Source: a virus (Duplodnaviria > Heunggongvirae > Uroviricota > Caudoviricetes). From it: 64,000 nucleotides of DNA. Position numbers and translations under genes: made by a program. This document shows, piece by piece, positions 28,395 to 38,190 of this stretch. The notes beneath the pieces are model-generated. The model was given only the letters and a program-made list of their open reading frames with translations, did not search any database and was not told the origin of the DNA. The stretch covers positions 1 to 64,000 of the IMG/VR virus record IMGVR_UViG_3300032007_000003. One strand, 5' to 3'. Position 1 is the stretch's first letter. Each line of letters opens with the position of its first letter.

Positions 28395-28877
28395 ATGAGC
28401 AAGATTTTTAATTTTTACGCAAATGATGTCGATAGGACTTGGTATCAAAGTTCAAACATTAAGTACAGTGAATGTATCGACAAAGACAATGATTTGAAAA
28501 CACTCAAGGTAGTGTTTAATAATGGTACGCAGTATGAGTATAAGAAAGTAGATGTTAGAGACTATTTGCTTTTTAGAAATGCTGCTTCACAAGGTAAGGC
28601 TCTAAATGAGTATATCAAACCAAAGGGTTATGAATATGAGAAGCTTGAGAATGCCGACCTTGCGACTCTAGATGGTGAACTTACATTCAGAATGGAAGAT
28701 GGTATCTTTGTATTCTATGAGGACGGTAAGCTAACTATTAAGGATAATAAGGATAATGTCATATGTGATAGGGAAGTTAAATTAACCCCAGAAGCATTTG
28801 ATGCTGTTTGTGCTGCTCTTGAAGCAGTAGGAAAACAGTTATACACTGAAGGAAAGGATTTTTGTGATGAGAAGTGA
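28395..28877 (+). CDS. KTSC-domain protein
   Basis: SSNI...L.V.F.NG..Y.Y..V.......A.S.GK..N; ATG at 28395 after promoter 28345-28376. Confidence 0.8.
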   Translation: MSKIFNFYANDVDRTWYQSSNIKYSECIDKDNDLKTLKVVFNNGTQYEYKKVDVRDYLLFRNAASQGKALNEYIKPKGYEYEKLENADLATLDGELTFRMEDGIFVFYEDGKLTIKDNKDNVICDREVKLTPEAFDAVCAALEAVGKQLYTEGKDFCDEK

Positions 28878-29067
28878 TTATGGAATGAGGGATAGTAACG
28901 AATTTAGAACTGTAATGGAATCAGTACTAGCCGTGTTTGTGGTTTTCAAACTAACCAACGTCATTAATTGGTCTTGGTTTTATGTTCTTATGCCATTTTG
29001 GATTCCTTTAGTGTTGGCTCTTATATCAATAATGTTGGGATTTATAGTAAATTATGGAAAAAAATGA
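28864..29067 (+). CDS. Small membrane protein
   Basis: KL..VI.WSW.YVL.PFW hydrophobic pattern. Confidence 0.65.
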   Translation: MMRSDYGMRDSNEFRTVMESVLAVFVVFKLTNVINWSWFYVLMPFWIPLVLALISIMLGFIVNYGKK

Positions 29068-29329
29068 ACGATTAAGACTTTATGATGCTGCCATAACAAG
29101 ATGGGGTGTTGGCGCACAAAAGAACATGGCTTATGAGGAAATTGGAGAGCTTCTTACAGCCCTTGCAAGAGACGATAGGGGTAGAGCAACAACGGAAGAC
29201 CTTCTAACCGAATTGGCTGATGTCACAATTATGTGTGAACAAATGGCATATATTCTTGGTTTCGATGATTATGAGAAAGAGCTAGATAGGAAACTAATAA
29301 GGTTAAGGGATGAAAAGTTGAAGAGATGA
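29054..29329 (+). CDS. MazG-like NTP pyrophosphohydrolase
   Basis: EEIGEL ... ELADV. Confidence 0.75.
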   Translation: MEKNERLRLYDAAITRWGVGAQKNMAYEEIGELLTALARDDRGRATTEDLLTELADVTIMCEQMAYILGFDDYEKELDRKLIRLRDEKLKR

Positions 29330-29514
29330 AGGTAAAAGAACTTATAGAGATTTTAAAAGAGTTCAATCAAGAAGCTATTGTTTTTATAGGAGATAACATA
29401 GACAATGAACTCGACATATCGTGGGGAGGACCTGAAGGCTGCATTAAGGAAAACTGCGAAGATGTAGGCTTTAATATAAAAGATAAAAATAATATAGAAA
29501 AATTAGGTAAATGA
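29326..29514 (+). CDS. Hypothetical protein
   Basis: MKVKELIEILKEF, ATGA-coupled. Confidence 0.65.
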   Translation: MKVKELIEILKEFNQEAIVFIGDNIDNELDISWGGPEGCIKENCEDVGFNIKDKNNIEKLGK

Positions 29515-29756
29515 TTATGGTTACGTTCAATATTATAGCTATTATACTGATTTTTAGCGGTATAGCAATGACGTTCCAATTTGTTGAAAGAGACGAGATA
29601 AAGGCAATCGGATGGGGTTTGAACAGTTTGGGCTGGCTGATTGCGCTCATCATATCCTTTATAAAGGGGGGTATACTGATTGCTGTGATTGATTTCATAT
29701 TACTTATTGGCGGTTTGTACTTCTTAATAACTACTGTTAAAGAAATAAGAAAATAA
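29511..29756 (+). CDS. Small membrane protein
   Basis: Three hydrophobic segments, coupled ORF. Confidence 0.6.
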   Translation: MIMVTFNIIAIILIFSGIAMTFQFVERDEIKAIGWGLNSLGWLIALIISFIKGGILIAVIDFILLIGGLYFLITTVKEIRK

Positions 29757-30239
29757 ATGGGGATAATAATAAGTAGTTTTGTGGGCTGTGGACGAGAATA
29801 TCTTAAAAACACACATGGTAAGAAGGCTAAAATATTTGATGCAATAGATGAAATACCATTGACGGATATTGATGGCGCAACAAATCAAGACTTTTTGGAT
29901 GAGTGCTATAATAAGGTAATGTCTGTTGTTGATGATTATGACATTGTTTTCATACCATCTATTAAGGGTGTTAGGGAAATATTCAATGAACATAATGTCG
30001 ATTACGACATATTCTATCCATCCACTGAAAGGAGAAATGAATTCATTGAAAATCAAGTTAGGAAGAGAACGAAGCCTGATGTGATTAGAAAACTTGACAA
30101 ACATTTTGAAGAATGGGTCAATGAAATTGATGATGATGAATCACCTAACTGTTATAAGCATAAACTTAGCAAGAAAGGCGAATTCATTGGCAATGAGCCA
30201 ACAATAATGAGTTATATCAATAGTTTAAACAATGCGTAA
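29757..30239 (+). CDS. P-loop kinase-fold protein with degenerate Walker A
   Basis: IISSFVGCGRE in place of GxGK(S/T). Confidence 0.55.
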   Translation: MGIIISSFVGCGREYLKNTHGKKAKIFDAIDEIPLTDIDGATNQDFLDECYNKVMSVVDDYDIVFIPSIKGVREIFNEHNVDYDIFYPSTERRNEFIENQVRKRTKPDVIRKLDKHFEEWVNEIDDDESPNCYKHKLSKKGEFIGNEPTIMSYINSLNNA

Positions 30240-30372
30240 TATTGCTAGAGAATGGAGAAATCTTCATGAGGCTAGAGCCATTATGAAGAGAATGAAAAGG
30301 GAAATGAAAGAGTTAGATAAACTAATGGTACTTGCACAACAAGAGATTTGCCAACCTAAATACTCAGAATAA
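30232..30372 (+). CDS. 46 aa hypothetical protein not in the ORF track
   Basis: MRNIAREWRNL...PKYSE; stop abuts the thyA ATG. Confidence 0.55.
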   Translation: MRNIAREWRNLHEARAIMKRMKREMKELDKLMVLAQQEICQPKYSE

Positions 30373-31596
30373 ATGAATAAAACAGACGAACAATATCTAT
30401 CTTTATTACGAGATATATTGGAGAATGGTGTTGAAAAGGACACTAGAGCTGGACGTGTGAAGTCCATATTTGGAAGACAACTGAGATTTGACCTTAAAGA
30501 AGGATTCCCACTTTTAACCACTAAGAAAGTGTTTACCAAAGGGGTTATTCATGAATTGCTTTGGTTCTTACAAAGACCATATAATTCTCATGGCAGCATG
30601 AATATTGAATATCTTGTTAGAAATGGTGTTCATATTTGGGATGATGATGCTTATCGCTGGTTCAAGACTGAAATTGCTGAAGGATTTAGCAAACGTCCAT
30701 TAAGAAATGAGTTTTTTGTATGTACCAATGATGATGAAGGAAAAAATGCACATAAAAAGCCAACATATGAATATTGGATTGAAAATGAGCTAAGACACTG
30801 TGATATTGAATGGCTCAAGAATATTACCAAGGAAGAATTCATAGACCTTACATTACAAAGAGTTGAAATACATGGCTCATTCATGTCAAATTACAGATTT
30901 GGAGATTTAGGACCAGTGTATGGAAAACAATGGAGGGCTTTTGGAAATAGCGAAACTGACCAGATTCAAAGCATCATCAATACATTAAAAACCAATCCAA
31001 ATGATAGAAGAATGTTGTGTTTGGCGTTCAACCCAGACCAAATTGAAGATATGGCATTGCCTCCTTGTCATGTTATGATGCAATTCTATACAAGGGAATT
31101 GACAAGAAAGGAGAGAATGAAAATCTTCAATGATAGATACATGAAGGGTCAAATTCCTAAGAAATGGTATGATTGGTTTGACAAATATTCAGAAGAAACT
31201 GTTGAAGGCGAGGATGTATTAATGCCACAAGACGGAAGTGATTATGACCTTGCAGAGATTCCTAAGTACGGTCTTTCTTGCATGTGGACTCAAAGAAGTT
31301 GCGATGTACCATTGGGAATCCCGTTCAATATTGCTTCATACGCCTTATTAACGCATATGATTGCCAAAGTGGTTAATATGGAGCCAGATGAGTTGGTTGC
31401 GTCTCTTGGCGACTGTCATATCTATATGAATCAAATGGATGGCGTTGAGGAACAACTCAAGAGGGAAGGTAATAACTTACCTAAATTAGAAATAAACCGA
31501 AAGGTGGATAGAATTGAGGATTTTAAATTTGAGGACTTTGTGATAAAGGATTATAATCCAGACCCACCGATTAAGTATCCGCTAAGTGTTGGATGA
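30373..31596 (+). CDS. thyA: Thymidylate synthase with insertions
   Basis: FPLLTTKK, ELLWF, LGPVYGKQWR, ALPPCH, QRSCD, PFNIASY, DCHIY. Confidence 0.96.
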   Translation: MNKTDEQYLSLLRDILENGVEKDTRAGRVKSIFGRQLRFDLKEGFPLLTTKKVFTKGVIHELLWFLQRPYNSHGSMNIEYLVRNGVHIWDDDAYRWFKTEIAEGFSKRPLRNEFFVCTNDDEGKNAHKKPTYEYWIENELRHCDIEWLKNITKEEFIDLTLQRVEIHGSFMSNYRFGDLGPVYGKQWRAFGNSETDQIQSIINTLKTNPNDRRMLCLAFNPDQIEDMALPPCHVMMQFYTRELTRKERMKIFNDRYMKGQIPKKWYDWFDKYSEETVEGEDVLMPQDGSDYDLAEIPKYGLSCMWTQRSCDVPLGIPFNIASYALLTHMIAKVVNMEPDELVASLGDCHIYMNQMDGVEEQLKREGNNLPKLEINRKVDRIEDFKFEDFVIKDYNPDPPIKYPLSVG

Positions 31597-32783
31597 TGGA
31601 GAATAATAGAAAGAAGGATATGGCTGTTGAACGTGAGATAGCAGCATTCCTAGATGAACATTTATATTCAAATAAAGAAATTTTCACTGAATTTGCTAGA
31701 ACTGATGGGTATGATGAACAAATAAGAGGTTCTGACCTTATTTTAAGCTTACATGACAAAAAGATAGATAGAGTCATTGTAGATGAGAAGGTGGCTGCTA
31801 GATATGCCAATACAAACCTTAATACGTTTTCACTAGAGCTGTCATTTATAGGAAAAAATGGAAAAAAGTTATGTGGTTGGTTTCTAGATAGTTCAAAGTC
31901 AACCCAATATTATCTCTTTGGGTGGATATTAAAGGCAGATATAGAATATGACAAGGAGAAAAAGCAATATAATACCGATACGATAACAAGGGACAATATT
32001 AAAGAACTTGAATGGTGTCTTGTTTCTAGACAAAAGATTGCCAAGTTCCTTGAGAAAAAGGGATGGACTCTTGATAAGCTTGCAAAACAAGATGAAATTA
32101 TTAGAGAAAGGGGACGTGTGAAAACGTTAGACTTTGTAGATGATATATCATTTAGGTACAGTGAAAGATATATTGAAAGACCAATTAATATTTTATTGAA
32201 GAAGCAAACATATATTGAGCTATCCGAATGTCATGGAATAGTTACGGCAAATGAAGGTAAAATCTCAACAAATATCAAAGTCCAAAAAGAGAAGTGCCTT
32301 AAAGATGGAAAATCTGATGAGGAACTTGTAATGGAATTGCTATCAAGCCAGATGGGTGGCAGTGTTAAAAGGGCTTCTAGGGATGAAGATTATAAAGACC
32401 ATATTGACTTTTGGTGGAATACCCCTGATGGAAATAAATTCGGCATTGATGTTAAGGGACTAAACAAAGTATGGAGATTTGATGATGGATATGATGATAC
32501 AATCCATTGGGTTCGTTTGGTAGATAAGCAAGGGCGTGAAGATAAGTTTTACGTTAAGGCTGATTATATTGCGTTTAGAGCCATGAATAAGGTGATTTTC
32601 GTTAAGTGGAAAAAACTAATAGAGTTTGTCTTGGAAATGGTAAAAGGAAAAGAGGTTGTTACTAAAAATCCAAGAAAATGTTATATACCATATAATCGTG
32701 ATAGAGATATTGCAGTGATGGTGTTAAATGATGATTTGGAGAAATTGTCTGATTTTGTGCTTCATTATGAAGGTGCTGATTGA
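31593..32783 (+). CDS. Tandem two-domain PD-(D/E)xK nuclease-like protein
   Basis: QIRGSDL...VDEK and HIDFWW...IDVKG motifs. Confidence 0.6.
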   Translation: MMENNRKKDMAVEREIAAFLDEHLYSNKEIFTEFARTDGYDEQIRGSDLILSLHDKKIDRVIVDEKVAARYANTNLNTFSLELSFIGKNGKKLCGWFLDSSKSTQYYLFGWILKADIEYDKEKKQYNTDTITRDNIKELEWCLVSRQKIAKFLEKKGWTLDKLAKQDEIIRERGRVKTLDFVDDISFRYSERYIERPINILLKKQTYIELSECHGIVTANEGKISTNIKVQKEKCLKDGKSDEELVMELLSSQMGGSVKRASRDEDYKDHIDFWWNTPDGNKFGIDVKGLNKVWRFDDGYDDTIHWVRLVDKQGREDKFYVKADYIAFRAMNKVIFVKWKKLIEFVLEMVKGKEVVTKNPRKCYIPYNRDRDIAVMVLNDDLEKLSDFVLHYEGAD

Positions 32784-32851
32784 TTTCAGTACCTTTTTTT
32801 GTTATTACCAAATATTTATAGAGAAATAATTTATAAAAATAAAAGAAAAAT

Positions 32852-33169
32852 ATGAACAGTAATATTTTGGATTATATGTATGAAGGATATGGTTATGATA
32901 CAGATAACCCACTTCTTTACGTTGATGTTGAGAACTATAACGAAACACTCAGTGAAAATGGAAAAATGACCACTCGTGGCATGGAGACACTTGCTTATAA
33001 CGATGGACCTATTGGACACGATGCTCCAATCCCAACTGAGAAGGATAACAAGTATATAGAGACAGCTTCATTTATTTCAGAGAGTGGTGCTAAGTATACA
33101 GACCTTAGAGAAGGTATTTGCGATTGCAGTCGTGAGACTGGCGCTGGCGAAGTTGTAGATAACGGCTAA
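32852..33169 (+). CDS. Acidic late protein
   Basis: 105 aa, late motif at 32812-32820. Confidence 0.65.
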   Translation: MNSNILDYMYEGYGYDTDNPLLYVDVENYNETLSENGKMTTRGMETLAYNDGPIGHDAPIPTEKDNKYIETASFISESGAKYTDLREGICDCSRETGAGEVVDNG

Positions 33170-33188
33170 TATCACATTTAATGTTTCG

Positions 33189-35894
33189 ATGGGAAAAACT
33201 ATTACATTCGGAGAGAATAGACTCTTAACTTTAAAGGATAGAATAAATGAAATTATGGTTGGCACAACTGGTGTCAGCCATAATCTTGTTTCCCATGACA
33301 TTAACGAGGCTTCAGCAGAGGTTGATGAGTTTGAACTTGGACAAGAGAGTGATAATCCACCAGTGGGAGGAAACTATTGCCATGTTGAAGAGAGTATAGA
33401 AGAAGGTGGATATGGCTGTACCATTTCCAATTATGATATGTCTGAGGTTGGCGAGGTTCAATGTGAAGATTGGACATATGACGAGGAAGAATATCAAGAG
33501 TGGCTTGTTGACAATGAGCTTCAAGATACACTAGAAAACAAGATAGCCTATATTGAGGATTTCAATGTTGAATTTGATATATCGTTTTTTGACAACCAGA
33601 CTTATCACTTAATGGGTGGCGATTGGGCTTATTATGATGACCTTGTTGAAGTATTTGGTGAAAGAATGGCAAAACAGATTGAAACTGAAATGCTTCAGTA
33701 TGGTAAGAGTAAGTTTGATACTAGCGATTTATATTCAGATGCAACATATGACATAAACAATCCTCAAGAGCTTAATGATATTGCAATGAAGCTTTTACCT
33801 CATGGCGAATATTATCAGAATTGTAGAGGATTTATATTGACAAATGGTATTATTGTCTATACTGAAGGAGAACACAATGATGTTCAAAGAATACCTGGTA
33901 TTAACAGTAAATTCCAATTCATAGAACTTGGTAATATAAGGATATTAGACCATGCAGTAGATATTGGAAAAGAGCCAACTTGGGAACAAGAGAAAGTACT
34001 AAGACAAGTAATTGCCTCTTATGAAGGCGAGGAATTTTATCTTGACATATTTAGTGATGGTGGTGAAATTGGTGCTCAGTATCCAAACGCTAATTACCAA
34101 TATATCATGGGAGAAATTAACAGGTTCTATTCTGAAGGTATAAGACCTCAAGGTGGATATGCTTATGAGAATAAGAAAGGTGAGAAAACAATTGATGAAA
34201 ATATCGATTTTGAGGTAAATTCATCTGATATTGACCTTTCTTCATTTAAGAAGAGAAGTGAGTTAGCCCCAATATGGCTAGATGACGATACATTGGATTC
34301 TAGGGTTAGACTGAGACTATTGGACATTGCAGATGATTTCTGGGAGTTTGTTAATCTAACTTGGGTTAAACCAAGTGGAATTATCTTAACTGGTTCAATC
34401 TGTAACTTCAATTGGTCTAAGTATTCTGACATTGACCTTCACTTGATTGTAGATTTCGATGAAATTGACGAGAAAACAGATTTTGTACGTGATTATCTCG
34501 ATGCCAAGAAGAATGAATGGAACAATGAGCATAATGAATTGACGATATTGGGATTCCCAGTTGAGTTATATGTTCAGAATTTAGAAGAAATGCCTAGAAG
34601 CGGTGGAATATATGACCTTGAAGAGAATGAATGGATTAAGAAACCAAACATGAGCGATATAAGTCCTATTGGTCTTGATAAGTTCTCAATCAAGGATAAG
34701 GCAGCAGAAATCATGACAATCATTGATGACATGTATAATGCCATAAATTCAACAGATGATTCACATAAGATTGAGACAATCGGTGATGATGCTCAGTATC
34801 TTTGGAAGAAGGTTAAGACAATGCGAAAGTCAAGCCTTGAGAGAAATGGGGAGAGTGGAGCTGGAAATATCGTCTATAAGATTCTACGTAGAACAAAATA
34901 TCTTGATAAATTATTTAAACTATTCTCAACCGCATATGACAGAAATAATTCAATAACTGAATCAGTAGAGAATAATAACAATGTTGATGTGTTTGCGTTG
35001 GCTAAAGAGAGATTCGGTGTCACCAATGATATAAGGGAATGTGGTTATATACTTCCAGATGGTAGTATGCTTGACTTCAGTGGAAGACATATGGTAACTG
35101 GAAATACTGATACCTCTCACCTTAACGGAAGAAGGGGTGTTGACCACAGAGACATTGGAGACCTTAACTGGGATACAGATATGACTACTAAAAGCGGTCT
35201 AAACATCAATATGGCAGACTTCATTAGAATGGGCGCAATAAGAATCCATTGCTCAAACACTTGGAGTTCTATAAATCTATTTAAGAAGCCTACTAGGGAG
35301 CAAGTTAACCCAATGTTAAGATTAATTCAATATAGCAAAGGTAACGTGACTGTAGAAATTGGTGATGGTGATAACTCATACGAGTATGCTGAATGGGATG
35401 AAGCTAATCCAAGAAGGGTAGTGAATGACGTTATAAGATATTTTGACGGTGTAACTATTAATCTAGTAGGAAACGTCACAGAGTCAATTAAAAAGTTTTC
35501 TAATGCTATTACCTTATTAAAAGAGGAATGGGTTGGTGATGGAAACAGCGAACATAATCCTTATAAGAAGCGTTGGGATGCTGAAAGAAAGGCACTGAAG
35601 GACTTTGTTTCTAATTATGGTAAGTTAATGCAATCAAAGGAAAATGGTAAGTTATATAAATGTTATTATGATAAAGTGTTATCACAGTTGATTGGATATA
35701 ACTACTGCATTTGCATACAATGGGATAGCATTGAAATGAAACCTAAGAGTGTTCTCTATATAAGAGCATTGGATAAGTTCACACCAAATATTAAACAAGT
35801 CAATTTCGATACAAGAGGAAAAGATAATCAAATGGGTACGGTAGATGATAATTTTAGTACAGTGCCACAACAAACTCAGTATCAATACCAATAA
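33189..35894 (+). CDS. Multidomain late polyprotein with Pol-beta nucleotidyltransferase flanked by two G(F/Y)IL(T/P)(N/D)G domains
   Basis: LTGSICNFNWSKYSDIDLH; duplicated domain; domains separated by (I/L/V)xE sites. Confidence 0.75.
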   Translation: MGKTITFGENRLLTLKDRINEIMVGTTGVSHNLVSHDINEASAEVDEFELGQESDNPPVGGNYCHVEESIEEGGYGCTISNYDMSEVGEVQCEDWTYDEEEYQEWLVDNELQDTLENKIAYIEDFNVEFDISFFDNQTYHLMGGDWAYYDDLVEVFGERMAKQIETEMLQYGKSKFDTSDLYSDATYDINNPQELNDIAMKLLPHGEYYQNCRGFILTNGIIVYTEGEHNDVQRIPGINSKFQFIELGNIRILDHAVDIGKEPTWEQEKVLRQVIASYEGEEFYLDIFSDGGEIGAQYPNANYQYIMGEINRFYSEGIRPQGGYAYENKKGEKTIDENIDFEVNSSDIDLSSFKKRSELAPIWLDDDTLDSRVRLRLLDIADDFWEFVNLTWVKPSGIILTGSICNFNWSKYSDIDLHLIVDFDEIDEKTDFVRDYLDAKKNEWNNEHNELTILGFPVELYVQNLEEMPRSGGIYDLEENEWIKKPNMSDISPIGLDKFSIKDKAAEIMTIIDDMYNAINSTDDSHKIETIGDDAQYLWKKVKTMRKSSLERNGESGAGNIVYKILRRTKYLDKLFKLFSTAYDRNNSITESVENNNNVDVFALAKERFGVTNDIRECGYILPDGSMLDFSGRHMVTGNTDTSHLNGRRGVDHRDIGDLNWDTDMTTKSGLNINMADFIRMGAIRIHCSNTWSSINLFKKPTREQVNPMLRLIQYSKGNVTVEIGDGDNSYEYAEWDEANPRRVVNDVIRYFDGVTINLVGNVTESIKKFSNAITLLKEEWVGDGNSEHNPYKKRWDAERKALKDFVSNYGKLMQSKENGKLYKCYYDKVLSQLIGYNYCICIQWDSIEMKPKSVLYIRALDKFTPNIKQVNFDTRGKDNQMGTVDDNFSTVPQQTQYQYQ

Positions 35895-35951
35895 TTGATA
35901 TTTTTTGATAATATGAAATATTTATATTAAAAATAAGTTTGAAAAAAATTA

Positions 35952-37619
35952 ATGCATATTAATATGGATAATAAAATGAATACAAATGAGCAGATTTCAA
36001 GAATGAAGGCTTTGATGGGATACGGTCTTCAAACTGAGAGTAAGAAAGCTCCATACAGTTCAGTAGAGAACCAGAAGCTTGGTGCTGATGGTAATGTATA
36101 TGGTATTGTACGTGAGGGTACTAAATATTACATTAAGTCTGCTTCTAACAAACAGAATCTTGTAAAAGAAGATTTCAACTACATTGGTGGTTTCAGAAAC
36201 AGAAAGGATTATCAATATGATTCTTTTGCTGATGCTCAGAAGAACTTCGATATGAAGATGATGTCTCTTAAAGAGGCTGCAAACAAGCAAGACTATAACA
36301 TTAGTTCTTGGGATTTGGACAAGAAAGAAAATGTTGTAGTTGAGGCAACTGATAAGATGAGAAGTGAAATTAATCGTTCACGTCAAATCATGATGAATGC
36401 AATGAGAATTGCAGAGGGTAAGAAAGAATGCCAAAATGGTATCTGCGACAAGGATATCAAAAATTCACAGAAGGATAATATCTCTAGTGAGGTAGACGAG
36501 TGTGGTGACGCAGCTTCTGCAAACGCTGGTTACACCAACGCAGAGGTTCCTGCTAGTATGACAGAAGGTGTTGTTAGCGAGGAAGAGGTACTTGGTTGGA
36601 ATCGTGGTAATGATGATTACATGGACAAGTCTCATGGAACTGAGATTGGTGATAGCGCACCATTTGACGGTCCAGAGGCACGTAACATTGACGATGGTGA
36701 CAAGAAGGTAACTAACACTGGTGAAATGAAGAACGGTACTGTTGAGGAAGGTGCTTCAATGCATGATTCAGATAATCAGAATACTCCAACTCCAGGTGTT
36801 GGTGAAGGTCCATCTGATGATAACAACAAACCTTTCGATGGCGAGAAGGGTAAACAAATTGATGAGGCTTTTGATGACTTCGGTGGTGAGGATGTTGATG
36901 ACGCTCCAGCTCCAGAAGAGGGAGAAGGCGAACCAATGGGTGATGAACTCGGTGACGATTTAGGCGCTGAAGAGCCAATTGATGACGAGCCAATGGGTGA
37001 TGAACTCGGTGACGAAGAACCAATTGATGATGAACTTGCTGATGATGAAGAAGTATATGAAGATGATGTTGAATCACGTCTTGATGCTATGGAAGAGCTT
37101 CTTTCACAGATTGCTGACAAGTTGGGTATTGGTGCTCCAAGCGTAGATGCTGATGAGTATGCAGATGATGACATCTTCGGTGACGAGGGTGATGATTTTG
37201 GTGATGAAGAACCAATTGAAGACGAACCAATCGATGATGAAATGCCAATGGAAAGCAGACATAGAAACAATGGCGTTCAAATTTATGAGACCAAAGCGTT
37301 CAAGGCTGCTATGCGTAAGCAGAGAATGAATGAAGATGGTATGAAGCCATTTAAGGATGCGGGCCGTGTTCCAAGTGGTAACATGAACAAGTTAGATGAC
37401 TTTGGTAAGCATCCAGCATATCAGAAGGTAGTTATGGACTTACCTCCAAAGGATATGAAGGAATTCCCAGGTTACTATGATATGAATGACGATTCAGTTA
37501 AGAATGATACTCCTTATGGTGAGAAGATTGGTGATGGTGCTCCATTCGAAATCGACCCACAAGCAATTGACAACGCAATTGCAGAAGCATTCAATCGTTT
37601 AAAAAAAAACATAAAGTAA
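35952..37619 (+). CDS. Highly acidic prohead core/internal protein
   Basis: D/E-rich low complexity, many xxE-S sites, late motif at 35918; ends at a slippery site. Confidence 0.7.
   Translation: MHINMDNKMNTNEQISRMKALMGYGLQTESKKAPYSSVENQKLGADGNVYGIVREGTKYYIKSASNKQNLVKEDFNYIGGFRNRKDYQYDSFADAQKNFDMKMMSLKEAANKQDYNISSWDLDKKENVVVEATDKMRSEINRSRQIMMNAMRIAEGKKECQNGICDKDIKNSQKDNISSEVDECGDAASANAGYTNAEVPASMTEGVVSEEEVLGWNRGNDDYMDKSHGTEIGDSAPFDGPEARNIDDGDKKVTNTGEMKNGTVEEGASMHDSDNQNTPTPGVGEGPSDDNNKPFDGEKGKQIDEAFDDFGGEDVDDAPAPEEGEGEPMGDELGDDLGAEEPIDDEPMGDELGDEEPIDDELADDEEVYEDDVESRLDAMEELLSQIADKLGIGAPSVDADEYADDDIFGDEGDDFGDEEPIEDEPIDDEMPMESRHRNNGVQIYETKAFKAAMRKQRMNEDGMKPFKDAGRVPSGNMNKLDDFGKHPAYQKVVMDLPPKDMKEFPGYYDMNDDSVKNDTPYGEKIGDGAPFEIDPQAIDNAIAEAFNRLKKNIK
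37598..37610 (+). other. Candidate -1 frameshift / slippage site TTTAAAAAAAAAC
   Basis: T-TTA-AAA and A-AAA-AAC heptamers in the correct phase; the -1 frame is open into 37652..38122. Confidence 0.6.
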
Positions 37620-37651
37620 ACGAAATAGCTTTTGAGGAGAGACCAACTAAA

Positions 37652-38122
37652 TTGGAAATACCTAACAGCAACCCTCTAGGTGGTAGTATGGATGGCATGG
37701 GTGATTTAGATAATGCTCCAATGCCACCAATGGGTGCTGACGATATGGGGATGAATGACCCAATGAATGACCCTATGGGTGGAGGCGAACCTCCAATGGA
37801 TGACCAACAACCTCCAATGGATAATGAAATGGGAGGTGGCAATCTAGAAGATGATGAGTTGAACAGCATTGTTGATGGTATGTCAGCAGAGGACAAGGCA
37901 GCAGTTGTAAAGTATGCGAAGAGCATCGCTGATGATTCAGATGCTATGCCTCAAGACGGTGGAATGTCAATGGAATCAACCTTCAACTACAAGGGTATAA
38001 TTGATGAGGTTATAAATGATGTTTTGGATGGTCATGAGGGTACAAAGAGACCTGAAGACACGATGCCAAAAGAATATAGGAATCAACCAATGACACCATT
38101 CCAATCTCCATACTTTAAATAA
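37652..38122 (+). CDS. Met/Gly/Asp/Pro-rich ORF, probably the frameshift extension of 35952..37619
   Basis: Annotated start is TTG; frame is open back to the slippery site. Confidence 0.65.
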   Translation: MEIPNSNPLGGSMDGMGDLDNAPMPPMGADDMGMNDPMNDPMGGGEPPMDDQQPPMDNEMGGGNLEDDELNSIVDGMSAEDKAAVVKYAKSIADDSDAMPQDGGMSMESTFNYKGIIDEVINDVLDGHEGTKRPEDTMPKEYRNQPMTPFQSPYFK

Positions 38123-38190
38123 TATAAAAAGGGATACTTTCGAGTGTCCCTTTTTTGTTTTGTACAGATATTTATATAAAAATTTGCAAT

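Noticed and set aside
30373-31596. ThyA as dCMP hydroxymethylase for hypermodified DNA
   Set aside because: Keeps the Asn in PFNIASY and all canonical ThyA motifs.
36930-37040. Direct repeats CCAATGGGTGATGAACTCGGTGACGA
   Set aside because: Coding repeats of EPMGDELGD in an acidic low-complexity protein, not an array.
36712-37926. Antisense Ser-rich and His/Leu-rich ORFs (also at 44407-44921)
   Set aside because: Shadows of Asp/Glu/Gly/Met-rich sense genes, with no promoters of their own.
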